64,000 bases of DNA from Camelus dromedarius (lineage: Eukaryota). Shown here one piece after another: positions 1-11,240 of the stretch. Under the pieces are notes generated by a model. The model worked only from the letters and a program-made list of their open reading frames with translations. It was not told the origin of the DNA and made no database searches. Each line of letters begins with the position of its first letter. Positions within the stretch are counted from its first letter, which is position 1. Made by a program: the position numbers and the translations under genes. The stretch spans positions 8,556,001 through 8,620,000 of the forward strand of contig NC_087449.1 of NCBI RefSeq assembly GCF_036321535.1. The letters run 5' to 3'.

Positions 1-59
1 CTTCTTCTCTTCTCTGTTGGCACTCATGACCTCAGTCCCAAGACTTAAGATGTCTCTAG

Positions 60-900
60 TGAGGACACACCTGACCTCCAGACTCCTATGTGCAACGGGT
101 TACACAGACCTCCTCTGAAAGGTCTAATAGCCAAGCTCCTGACCCGCTGGCCCCTACCAAACCTGCTTCTCCTGAATTTTTCTACCTTTAGTTAATGGCA
201 ACACTATTCTTCCATTTGTTCAGGTTAAAAATGTATAATCATTTTTAATTTTCTCTCACATTTTTAAAAATTTTAATTTGCCAACAATTCCTGTCTACTC
301 CAACTTCTAAGCTAATCCAGAATCTAACTTCTTCATTTTTCCTCCACTGATAATATAAGCCTGCATTAACTCTTCTGTAGATTATTTCAGAAGTCTCTTA
401 GCTAGTATCTTTGCTTACATTCTTACTACCAACTGTCTATTCTCCAAGGAGCTTGGGTGCTCATTTCTAAGTCATGAGGCAGATTACATCACTCTTCTGC
501 TTAAAATCTTACAATGGCTTCCCATCTGAATCAGGGTCAAAGCCATTCGATGGACACGCCCACCTGCCTCACACACACACCGCCGACCATCACCATCTCT
601 CTGCCCTTAGTTGCAGCTCTTCCTTCCCCGCACACCCCCCCCTCAGCCACAGTGACCCCTCCCCTGTTCCACAAACACTCCAGGGAGGCTCTCGTCTTGG
701 CTCTTTGCACGTGTTTTTCACTCTGCCCAGAGCATTCTCTGCAGGCAATCAGCTACGTGGCTCGCTTTCTCACCCCTTCAGGACCCTGACTCACATGCCA
801 TGTTCTCAGAGAGGCTCTTCCTGGTCTCTCCCTTTTGTCCGTTTATTTCTTTTCACAATTCGTATATCAACCAATATACCACATGCTGTAATCTGTCTTC
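60..900 (+). mobile_element. L2 LINE 3' region (L2a/b-like), degraded
   Basis: Matches recalled L2 3' consensus blocks: ccaaacctgcttctcctg, ttaatggcaacactattcttcc, atcactcttctgcttaaaatcttacaatggcttcccatct, gctctttgcacgtg. Explains ORFs 474..974 and 514..789. Confidence 0.85.
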
Positions 901-1461
901 CTACTACAGTGGAAACTCCACTGGGGCACATTCTTGCTCAGTTTGGGTCATATTTCTCCGTAGTGGAAGCATGATTTTAGAGAAAAGTTACTAATATTGC
1001 ACACACTAAGAAGCATGCGTGTTATACATTCAGTAACTGGGATGAGGCATGTAAACACAGTGAGGACTCCGTGCGGACTTGGCTTTGAAACAAGTCATCA
1101 AATGACATGACTCAAGGTCGAGAATTCTGCTAAGATAAAGTTGTTAAAGATCTTAAAGGTATAAAGTTTAAATACTCATAAAACATTCACAAAAAATGAT
1201 TCCTCTGAAAATATCAAGTTAAAAATGTCGGCTACTTAAGTTAACGTGATTATCAGCAGAATGCAACGTGTTAACAAGTCATCAAAACTATCCAAGAATG
1301 GTGAAAGAAAATTGCAGAGTCGAATCTGTCTTAAAAGGAGTGGGTAGCTGACTTCGGTGGAATTTCCATAAGCCACAGTACAAGACAATTTCTCATGACC
1401 ATTAAAAAAAAAAAATCTCTGCAAGTCCCAAGGGACTCCAAATCGAAGCAGGCCAGACTTC

Positions 1462-1482
1462 ATGGCATCCATGCAAAATCAG
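1462..1482 (+). other. Candidate first-exon 3' end A: ATG GCA TCC ATG CAA AAT CAG | gtatga (MASMQNQ, phase 0)
   Basis: Donor CAG|GTATGA at 1482/1483 with in-frame ATGs at 1462 and 1471. Motif evidence only. Confidence 0.3.
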
Positions 1483-1982
1483 GTATGACAATTCATTAAA
1501 AGTGTATTTTGGGGAGAACTGATGATTCTCTTAAATTTGGGAATGCAAAACAACAACAACAGAAAGATGAAATCCTAACATCGTGTTTAACTGGCTGACA
1601 TCCTTTCTGCTTTTTTTTTTTTTTAATAAAAAAAGAATTTCCAGTGCCACAATACCCATAATACCCATTCACTGTCAAACATAAGAATGGTGTGTATGAA
1701 TTGGAAATAAGTGGAGATGCCGATATGAATCTCACGGAGTTGTGCACATTTACAAATTCTCATGGCCTTGCATTTCGCATTCCTGGTCATGACAACTTCT
1801 GAAATTTAGGGTTGTTTGCTTACAATTTAGGAATATAGTGTTTTATTTTTCCTGATACTAATGGGACTTATTAGTGACGGCATCGTCTTATTGCAAACAC
1901 AAACATTTCTTGATAAATTTGCAGCTTGATGTTTTGGCGGAAAGGAAATGCCATTTAAAGGACAGAGGCTGCGAACTGAAAT

Positions 1983-2006
1983 ATGATGCAGAGAAATAGC
2001 AGCAAG
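1983..2006 (+). other. Candidate first-exon 3' end B: MMQRNSSK | gtaatt (phase 0)
   Basis: Donor AAG|GTAATT at 2006/2007; ATG at 1983 has A at -3. Motif evidence only. Confidence 0.3.
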
Positions 2007-2894
2007 GTAATTATTGAAAATGAAACTCACCCCACTGCTAGTTTAAACAGCATTACTGAACCAATCAAGATTGCAATTTGAGGGCTAATTTCACCGGCTA
2101 ATGAGTACGTCACTCAAGCTAGCAAGGTTTTAAATTCAGATTTTGTGTGTTTTACAAACTTAAACACGGAGGCAGAGCCGTGGCTGCTTTCCCCTGCCCC
2201 TCTCTGTGTCCTTAACTCAGGTAAAAGCTTCGTTATGCAGGCCAACTGCCGCCTGAAGTATTTAACTCTTCTCTGCTAGACAAAGTCAAATTGCCATAGA
2301 GTAATAATTGCTCAGAAATTGCACTACAGGCAGCTCTGTCCATACAGTGTGGCATCAGACAAATATTTCAAAGGGAGTATTGAAACTTAGAGAAGTACGA
2401 ACGATCTTGGCTGGGACGTGTTAGGATTTTAACTTCCATCAAAGGAAACAGGACCTGCTTAAAAACAATCATCTCCACACACATGGCAACCCGAAGTGAG
2501 ACCCACATAATCACAGACCGCGCCTGTCAAGTCAGCGCACGGCGCCCCTCAAAGCAGGGATGCACACTCGGCTCCCAAGGCAGCGCATCTGGAAGACTGG
2601 TGGCACAGGACCAGAAGTCGCTTCGCCTTGTTTGAAAGGAAAGAGCAACAAACCTGAGAAAAAGAACACAAAATCCCATGTGATCTTGATTCTTGGAAAC
2701 ACCTATTTTCTTAGTAAATGGAAAGCATGGAGGAGGGCCTGTTGGATTATTTACTCCTGGCTGGGCATGTGTGTCAGAATGGAAGGGCTTTTTTATGTGT
2801 GTGTGTGCTGGCATACAGGGTTGGAATAAGCCAAAAAAAGAGCAACACAGATATTCCATTGTTTGCATCTGTGGACGGAGACAAAGGCGCTAGA

Positions 2895-2925
2895 ATGCTG
2901 GAGAAGCACTTTCGTGGACATGCTG
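2895..2925 (+). other. Candidate first-exon 3' end C: CTG | gtgaga (ML in phase 0, or MLEKHFRGHA in phase 1)
   Basis: Donor CTG|GTGAGA at 2925/2926; ATGs at 2920 (G at -3) and 2895. Confidence 0.35.
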
Positions 2926-3115
2926 GTGAGACGCACCAAATGCCATCTTCCCCGTCTCCCCAGCTTGCTTTCATCTGTCCGGAGCTGAAACAAAAGATAA
3001 CTTGAAAAGCACACGCACACATAATAATAGAAAGGTGGCGTGCCAAGGCAGAGTTATAACCAAGCAGAGCATTCTTGTAACACTTAAAAAGACGAGAACC
3101 TACTCGGAGCCCCCT

Positions 3116-3475
3116 NNNNNNNNNNNNNNNNNNNNNNNNNNNNNNNNNNNNNNNNNNNNNNNNNNNNNNNNNNNNNNNNNNNNNNNNNNNNNNNNNNNNN
3201 NNNNNNNNNNNNNNNNNNNNNNNNNNNNNNNNNNNNNNNNNNNNNNNNNNNNNNNNNNNNNNNNNNNNNNNNNNNNNNNNNNNNNNNNNNNNNNNNNNNN
3301 NNNNNNNNNNNNNNNNNNNNNNNNNNNNNNNNNNNNNNNNNNNNNNNNNNNNNNNNNNNNNNNNNNNNNNNNNNNNNNNNNNNNNNNNNNNNNNNNNNNN
3401 NNNNNNNNNNNNNNNNNNNNNNNNNNNNNNNNNNNNNNNNNNNNNNNNNNNNNNNNNNNNNNNNNNNNNNNNNNN
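3116..3475. other. N block 1 (360 nt)
   Basis: Run of N seen directly. Confidence 0.99.
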
Positions 3476-3495
3476 GGAAAACTCCGATGACAACA
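3116..3495 (+). other. Candidate exon D, mostly hidden by N block 1, ending ACA | gtgagt
   Basis: Perfect intronic donor GTGAGT at 3496-3501, 20 nt after the N block. Visible end reads ENSDDN (phase 1) or KTPMTT with ATG at 3487 (phase 0). Confidence 0.4.
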
Positions 3496-4204
3496 GTGAG
3501 TGTTATTTACCAAAGTATAATAAAGCCAGGCCCCGCTGGCCTTCGGCAGCCTAATTCAAAGCACCTGTTCCCGGCGCTTGAGAAGGGCTAGAAAAGAACA
3601 AAGCATACGATTTTGGTTTCTGTTGTTGTTCCAGGCATCAGTTTTCTTTCCTAGCAAACCAGTAGATGCCAAAGCAGGAAAAGTAACTTGTGACAAGGCC
3701 GACACGAGTGAAATGAAATAGTCAAACAGGTCATCGTCTGGTTAATTCAGAAACCCAGATGTATTCACCTGAAGCATTAAAAAGTGATGCACTGATGGAC
3801 ACATCTGTGGGCTTGATCACTTTCTAGCAAACCTCTAGCCTCATTTAGCTCAACCTCTGTGATGCTGGATATTACGCTTCCCTGATAATTAGGGTTACGA
3901 ATGCTCCCATGTCTTCATATTGTCAGCAGAAAGGATATCTATTTGGACATTCTGACTTTGGTCATAGCTCAGATCTATCTGGGAAACCAGCAAAATTCCC
4001 GTGAATAAACAAGGTATAAATAAGACCATGGATTGAGGCATATAGAACATAGAGATGAGTCTTAGAAAACACTTTTAAAGCATTTGCTTTAATTACAGAG
4101 AAAAGAGTTAGTCAGTCACCCGACTTGTATTTGGAAATCTGTGTTACCACCAATCCGGTTCTGCCTGGCATGTCAGTTCCTTCCCTCGCACATTTCCATC
4201 TCAG

Positions 4205-4315
4205 GGCGTATTGTGATCTTGGAAAGCTCACTGTTGACTCTCACCAGGCGGTGTGGTTATATGATGAGAAAAATCTGCATCCCAGAAAACTGGGGAAGCA
4301 AAGTGAAGCTTGCTG
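4205..4315 (+). other. Candidate 111-nt symmetric cassette exon
   Basis: Acceptor ccttccctcgcacatttccatctcag| and donor CTG|GTCAGT; open in the phase 1-1 frame (RIVILESSLLTLTRRCGYMMRKICIPENWGSKVKLA). No homology recognised. Confidence 0.2.
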
Positions 4316-6362
4316 GTCAGTTAAAAACATGTCTTTGGCAGTGATTCCTTTCTCTTCTGTCTCCTCATTCCAAATTAAGACATTTCTTTATTAGGAAATG
4401 TTACGCAGAGAGAGAAGACATCCCATTGAGGCTGTTCTCCTTGGCAGCAGGAGAGGGGTCAGCTCCTCTCGCCACGCTCTGTGCAAGACGGGCTGTAAGT
4501 GGCCCTAGAGCAGCTATCCAGCTTTTGAGATTCCCTGAGCTGTGAGTGAGTTGTTTACCATTGGAGGAACAAGCCCCAACCATTCTCAGCCTTTCCAAAG
4601 CTGCTAACGGCTGCAGTAGATGGTGGTACTTAGTTCCCAGAGTAACTGCAGGGTTAGCCTTCTCCCCCTCAAGGGCTATAATCACATCATGAGCAGATGT
4701 TGGGCTGCACCCATTTCTCCTTCCTCTTAATCCTTAGTCTCTCTTAGTCCAACGTTCACTGAAGATGTGGATGATCTGATACTACTTTGCTTTTTGGTGC
4801 CAGCCTTTTTGAACAGCATGAGGGGATGTACAGGTACCGACAGTAGGTCCAACGGAGAATCTCCAAACAGGGCATGTGGGAGATGACTTGGAGGGCAAGT
4901 TCTGAAAGAAACCCTTGGAACTGGAGAGTAATCAGTACTCTCTTGTTATGACTTTCCTGGTGACCCAGGAAGTTTTCCTTACGGCCTCTGTGAAGGTTTC
5001 CAATTCCCCTCAGCTCTAGGAAATGCTATCTCGGTGTTCTGAGCCAGGAAGGAATAGGATCCTCCCTTCAGGGAGCCAGGACTTCATTCGCTGTGAATGT
5101 GAACCATTCTTCTCACATCTGGGATTCATCTGTTCAACCACAAAATGTCGGCTAAGAAAGAAAAGAATTTAGTAGAGAAAGTGATATTCAAGGCCAGCCC
5201 ATTCTGGGTTGGCTGAAAATTTGGTTACAAGAGATAGGAAATAACTGAGAATCAGGTGAAAACTACTGATGGCTGAACAGTGAAAGAGGAAGCATGTTGC
5301 TCCCAACCCTCATTGCTCACCCCTCAACTTATGTTCTATTTCTGCTTATTACAGAGCCCCATTCCACGCTCCTGCCTTCCATCCCAGTACCTTGCGTCTG
5401 AAAATTCCATTTTACCCCTCTTAGTTACAGACGTGAGGCTTGGGGAAGAAGGAGGGAAGAGGATGTCCTGGGTCACAGCCAGGGAAATCTGCTTCTGATA
5501 CGCCCCGAGTTAGGGATGATTGCAAATTCCCAAAGTATCCTTGTTAGAGAATTGTGGTTAGACTCCAAACGGAGTCATTAGAAATTAAATTGTCCCTAGA
5601 TGTGATATTACTCATATGAAATAATGCATTTTGAGGTTCCAAAATACCCCCTTTCAACAGATCTTTGGAAAATGCAATTGATTCTTAAGTTGTTTTGGTT
5701 CTAACCTCTAGAGATTTCCTTGGATTTTATGACCTTTTGACAGGTATAAAGTAATCCACGTTTGTTGAGTTCTTCTTCTTTCTTAGTATTTAACTGGTAA
5801 AAACTTTTCTAAACTCATTATTTGTCCCATAAAACAGCACTGAAATTGTACGTGCTTGTCCCCAAATTGCTTTCTACTCTCACAGCTACTATCCACTTGA
5901 ATTATTCATTTCAATTGCTGAACCACAAAAATAGGTCTCTTTTGTTGTGTACAAACAGCGTTCAATCTGCTAATTAGGGCTAATTAGAGGGCAAATGAAC
6001 TTTACACTCCCTGTGCTTTTTCTCTTTAGACTGATGGCGTTTTACAGACTAACAGCATGAGCAGCTTTCCTGAGCCTCATACTACACGTTTCATCACGTC
6101 ACTGCTGCTATGCATTTTCTTGGCAGCATTGGTGTATAGAAACTCCAGGGGAGCAACTGAGCTCGTTACACAGCGCTAAGGGAGACTTGTTTACGGTGAC
6201 TGGATAGAGCCTGACTGGTTCTAAAGAAACGCTCCAGTGTGAGGAGGGAGAAAGAGTCATGGTCAGGTGATCCCTTAGAATTCACTTCTTCTCTCTGTTA
6301 TTTAGAGATATTTTTCTCCCCAAAAGTAATGGCACCAGATTTTCCTGTTACGCTGCTCCATG

Positions 6363-6578
6363 TTATTTTTCTAACATTTTTATTGATTTATAATAATTTT
6401 ACAATGTTGTGTCAAATTCCAGTGTAGAGCGCAATTTTTCAGTTATACATGAACATGTATATATATTCATTGCCACATTTTTTTCGCTGTGAGTTACCAT
6501 GAGATCTTGTGTATATTTCCCTGTGCTGTACAGTATAATCTTGTTTATCTATTCTACAATTTTGAAATCCCATCTATC
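6363..6578 (-). mobile_element. Young, 5'-truncated L1 3' end (camelid-type tail) with target-site duplication
   Basis: Minus strand reads ...tgtacagcacagggaaatatacacaag...gttcatgtataactgaaaaattgcgctctacactggaatttgacacaacattgtaaaa...aataaaaatgttag. Flanking direct repeat tacgctgctccatgttatt (6349-6367) / tacactgctctatattatt (6579-6597). Confidence 0.85.
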
Positions 6579-6679
6579 TACACTGCTCTATATTATTAAC
6601 TGACATGATGTCCCTTATACCTTTGATCAACCCTGTGGAATGGACAGTCTTCTTTGCTCTGTTTCTTTGAGAAACAGAG

Positions 6680-6835
6680 ACTTGGAAAGTTACCTGGGGG
6701 AGAAACATGGCGCAGGAAGAAAAGCGTGGGCTTTGGACTCAGTTTGTTTCCCTTTCTCTTGTTTACTTTGTCACGTTACTGAGACACTTGGAGTTTTATT
6801 TTCCCTCATTTGTTTGTGGAATTAGAGTACCCAAA
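6680..6835 (+). mobile_element. MIR SINE fragment
   Basis: gggctttggactcag...ttccctcatttg...ggaattagagtacc resembles the MIR 5' region and core. Confidence 0.55.
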
Positions 6836-6879
6836 AGTCTGGTGATATTCAGAGTCGAAAGCAAAACTGAGTGAGCTCA

Positions 6880-7120
6880 AGATTCATTCATTCCCCAAAC
6901 TCTCATTGAAGTTCTACCAAGTGCCACAGATTTTAAGACATTAGAAATACAAAGATAAACAGGATGCTGCCCACATCCTCCAAGGACTTTTGATCCAGTG
7001 AGAAGACAGTCCAGGTAACAGAAAATCACAAGGCAAGGGGCTCGGCACTGGAGTGGGTATGGTGACCAGAGGACAGTGGCTGCGGTGTGCGTGGTGGTGG
7101 GGGGGGGGGTGTTAACTGGC
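6880..7120 (-). mobile_element. L2 3' end fragment
   Basis: attcattcattccccaaactctcattgaagttctaccaagtgcca followed by L2-like sequence. Confidence 0.65.
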
Positions 7121-7447
7121 TTCGCTTGCAGGAGTTCAGGAGGGGATCCTGGCGAAAGTGAAAATTAAGCTGCGTCTTGAAAGCAGGGACAAGTTAACCA
7201 AACCAAATGACAGGTGAGGTTAAAGCAGCGATAACTCAGGAAGCAAATGAGCAATGGCAGATGGTCATAAAGAGAAGTCTGGGACTTGCAAATACAATGG
7301 TAATAGACGGAGGCACAGGATTTGGGGGAGTGGTTAGAGAAGTAGTTGTTGGAATGAGAGGCAGGCGAGGTTTGGAGAGAATTAGGAAGGAGCCAAGTTA
7401 GGGTTTGAATGCAGATGTTCTGATTTCGAACCCCATCCTTTTTCACG

Positions 7448-7495
7448 ATGCGCGCGCACGTGCGTGTGTGTGTGTGTGTGCGCGCGCAGCGCGCG
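7448..7495. repeat. Alternating purine-pyrimidine tract: (CG)n-(TG)n-(CG)n, Z-DNA prone
   Basis: 7448-7488 is 41 nt of unbroken alternation, bracketed by two copies of the self-complementary 10-mer tgcgcgcgca (7449-7458, 7479-7488); contains the E-box CACGTG. Confidence 0.9.
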
Positions 7496-10046
7496 GTCAT
7501 ACGTTGAAGTGAGTCCTTCACGTATATTTTTCCCACTCTGGAGATGGTTCTTTTCTTCATAGCTAACGTGCGGTTACACATTATAATCCTGTTCTAATGG
7601 AAACAAAATGTCAACAGAGAGAAGCCTGTAGCTCTATTTTTTTTTACTTACCATTATCTGTACTTTTTTAAAAAAAGAACAATTCAAACCCTTAGAAGCT
7701 GTTTGTGAAACATTCAAGCTTTAAAAAGTTGTCTTTGAAGAGCTGCAGCACAAGCAAAGTGAAGAGACCAGAGCCAACTTGGTCAGCGTACAGTTGTTTT
7801 ATCTGAAGCGAGAACCGGGGCCGTCCTGATGAACTTAAGAACTGCAGATATTTCTCCGGGGGCTGGCAATTGGTAGAGAAAATTTTGCAAATAGGCTCCT
7901 TTTTGCACTTGAATTATTATAAATTTAGATTTATAGACAGGTAAATAATGGATGGATAATTTATCTACATAAGAAGCAGCTGTCACATTTGTCTTTTAAA
8001 ACACGATCAATATATGTAGTGAAAGACCTGGATTCTGTATAGAATACACATTTTATGGCCCAGAATGTCACTTTCCTAGTAAAAATAGATAAATGTGTGT
8101 ATTTTGGTTGAGATCGTGTGTTATTCTAACCTTCTAACCTAGGCCATTTGTTTACAGAAATCACAAGGAAAGCATCTAAGAATGAAAAAAAATAAATACA
8201 CAAAACAAAAACAACCTAACCCAGATTTAATGCTTAACAGATTCTGGTGTTTATAATAGATGGGCTTCCTACAAGGGTGTGATTTAGAAAAAAATAACCT
8301 AGAGTTCATGTACATGTTAACCTCGTTCTGGCAAACATATGACACTGGTATTTCTCCCTTTGTGGATAAAAAGCATTATTTTAAGATAAAGCCTAGAATC
8401 GAGTGTCTTTAAAACAAATTCCTATTTCCTGTTGTTTTTCTTATGAACTAGAAGAATGTTTCCATCGTTCAAATTTAAAGGTGTTTCTTAATGTGGAGGT
8501 GGGGGAAGGTGAGGACGAGGTTAGTCACTCCCATGGCTCCTGGGAACATTACACAGTCTTTGTACTTGATATAAACTTGTATTTGCTAAGAAGGTAAAGG
8601 CAGAGGTTAACAGATTCCCATCTCTTCTGTACAGCGTTCTTTAATTTTGTTTAACTTCTATTCCTCAAGATCTTCAGTTTTTCCCATGCTTATAGATTTT
8701 CTTATTACATACTCACAGCTCCCAAAGCCAAATATCCCTCTAAGCTTTGTCAGGGCACATCACAAGTACAGCAGAAGGACTGCATGTAGCCGCACAAGTC
8801 CAGTCGTATTGCCAAGTCCAAAAGCACAGGACGTGCATCTGAAGTAAAATACGACTTTATATACCTCTGTGATGGGGTATTTCCATTTGCCCCTTCAGAT
8901 CATTCTCCACGTCTCTCCCCTTGTTCTGTGCCCCTGGAGGCTGATTTGAAGGGACTCTGAAACTAAGTTTCTTTTCCCCTGGCTTTCAGCGGGGGTGACA
9001 CAATGCAAGGCCCTGGTAGGAAACTGGGGGACATGAGGAAAGAAAAGTTGGAGTATTTGTTCTCTTGGCTCCTCCCACTGGTTCATGGGTTCGCAGTGTC
9101 TGAGTTCCTCTTCCACTGGCCACACCTCCTACTGGGCAGCCGTCCCTGCAGACACAAGCCTCATCCCACTCTGCGCATCCCTCTTTGTGCTGCTTCAGGC
9201 TCAGGGAGGCTTGCTCACCCGCCCCAGCTGGTTTCCCTTAACCCTGTCCGCCATTCGTGTCTTCATGAGAATTCTCTTTAATCATTTCTTTTGAGTGTGC
9301 CATCTGTTTCTTGCCACGACTCTGAACGATACAACCTCCTAAAGCCAAAAATTAAGAACACAGTGGAACTAAATATCAAATTCAGGCATTGACTCCGCTG
9401 ACATTTGTTTTCCTGCATCTCAATATACTGTGCACAGCAAATATATGTGATGTACATGATCCCTGAAAAAAAGAGGTCTAGTTAGGAATTGTAAATTATT
9501 AGTATTACAGTATGTTCAGCATTTGCTGTATATAAACAATATACAAGAGGCACCAATTTGCACTGAAAAGTAAACTGTTCTTCTGTCCTGAAAAACCAGT
9601 TTTTAAAAAATGTGTCAACATTTTCATGCAAACAGATGTAAAAAGATGGAATATCAGAAGCCAACTCCAGATGGCTTTAAAGCCAGAGTATTGATCAATT
9701 TGGAGACTTTTCAATCTCTTCTTGGGAACCCTCTGAAAAGGACAAAGCCCTGCCCTCCCCTGAATAGGGCTGGGCTCAGAGGACCAGCTTCATGTAATGA
9801 CCTACCACAAACTTCATTCGTGCAATTTGGGGGTGGGGCGTTGTTTTGTTTCACTTCGTGCCTAGTTTCTTGTTCCACACTGCCTTGGTCTCCCGTGCTC
9901 CTTCCTACCATAAGTTAGAAATGAATTTTTTAAAATAAGCACTTGTACTTTGAACCATAAAACAGAATCTGAAGCTGAAATCAAAGGAAGAAGGTAAATT
10001 ACTTTTAGTGCTCTGCAAAGAAACTTTCACTTGGCTATTTCCTGTT

Positions 10047-10315
10047 NNNNNNNNNNNNNNNNNNNNNNNNNNNNNNNNNNNNNNNNNNNNNNNNNNNNNN
10101 NNNNNNNNNNNNNNNNNNNNNNNNNNNNNNNNNNNNNNNNNNNNNNNNNNNNNNNNNNNNNNNNNNNNNNNNNNNNNNNNNNNNNNNNNNNNNNNNNNNN
10201 NNNNNNNNNNNNNNNNNNNNNNNNNNNNNNNNNNNNNNNNNNNNNNNNNNNNNNNNNNNNNNNNNNNNNNNNNNNNNNNNNNNNNNNNNNNNNNNNNNNN
10301 NNNNNNNNNNNNNNN
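10047..10315. other. N block 2 (269 nt)
   Basis: Run of N seen directly. Left flank is pyrimidine-rich (ctatttcctgtt); right flank agttag could complete a gt(a/g)agt donor. Confidence 0.99.
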
Positions 10316-11059
10316 AGTTAGCTGCACATGTCTATTATGAGCCTGCAAATTCAGACACACATTTCTCCTGACAGAAGCCAGGCACATAACTGAGTCGTTA
10401 CGTGTCTGGGTGGTTTTCTAGTCCTTTTTGTACAAAATCACATTTCTTGACATCTTTCTTAATTTTGAGGTCCTCACGGCCTGTCAGGGAGTTAGGAGTG
10501 AGTGGTTCCCTAGGGGAGAGAGTGATTTTAAAATACAATCTTCACTTTTGAAAGGAAAGAACAAAACACATTTGCTGCTACACTGAGGCTTTAAAAAGGA
10601 GTGCTGACATGCTCAGTGTCTAAACCACAGGCAAGCGGACTGTAAAACCAAGTGATGGTTCAAAGTCAAGGGGAAAATCTTTGCAGTCCTCTGGCGGGGC
10701 ACAGGAATGAAGGAACTGGCTTTGTGTTGGTTGGAAACGTCAGATTCCCTCTGGGGCCGATCATTTCAGCTATTAATCAGCAGTCGTTTTGAGAAAGAAG
10801 TCTGCCAAACATCTCAGCCACTGTCCCCAAGACGGACTAGCATGTCTCCCAGCATCTTAGGAAGAGAGGGCTCCAGTCACGCCTCGAAGAATGAAGACAT
10901 GGGAAGCAAAAGAGGCTGAGATTCAAATCGTTTCATATTCTCAGATTGTAGGTCTTGTTGCATGTCCTCCTGGCTAATTAAATTCCTGATGAAAGATGTG
11001 AAGCTGGAAAAGTCCACCAAAGGTCATTAGAGATTCAACTAAAATGTAGACCTTTTAAT

Positions 11060-11240
11060 TCATTAATTTTGTGGCTCATGCATGGATTTCAGAAACATTT
11101 ATCAAGTTCTTACTGTATGTCAGACACTGAACAACATGTTCAGGTTAGGAAGAGGCTGGTTTCCTGTCCCCAGAGTAGCTTAGGATCCAGGGGGAGAGAC
11201 AGACAGGATAACAGGCAATCGTGTGAAAAATACACACAGA
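11060..11240 (-). mobile_element. L2 3' end fragment
   Basis: cagaaacatttatcaagttcttactgtatgtcagacactg is a typical L2 terminus on the minus strand. Confidence 0.6.

Larger units (their letters stand above)
1000..3600 (+). promoter_or_regulatory. Repeat-free, motif-rich block; putative alternative promoter cluster
   Basis: No interspersed repeat recognised. FOX site TGTAAACA 1050-1057, AP-1 TGACTCA 1108-1114, CCAAT box (gaaCCAATca) 2061-2065, CRE-like TACGTCA 2106-2112, CpG retention at 2510-2630 and 3520-3580, four strong + strand donors. Confidence 0.5.

Noticed and set aside
474-974. 166-aa ORF, the longest gap-free ORF
   Set aside because: It lies within an L2 remnant and has low-complexity P/S/H/L composition with no splice or homology support.
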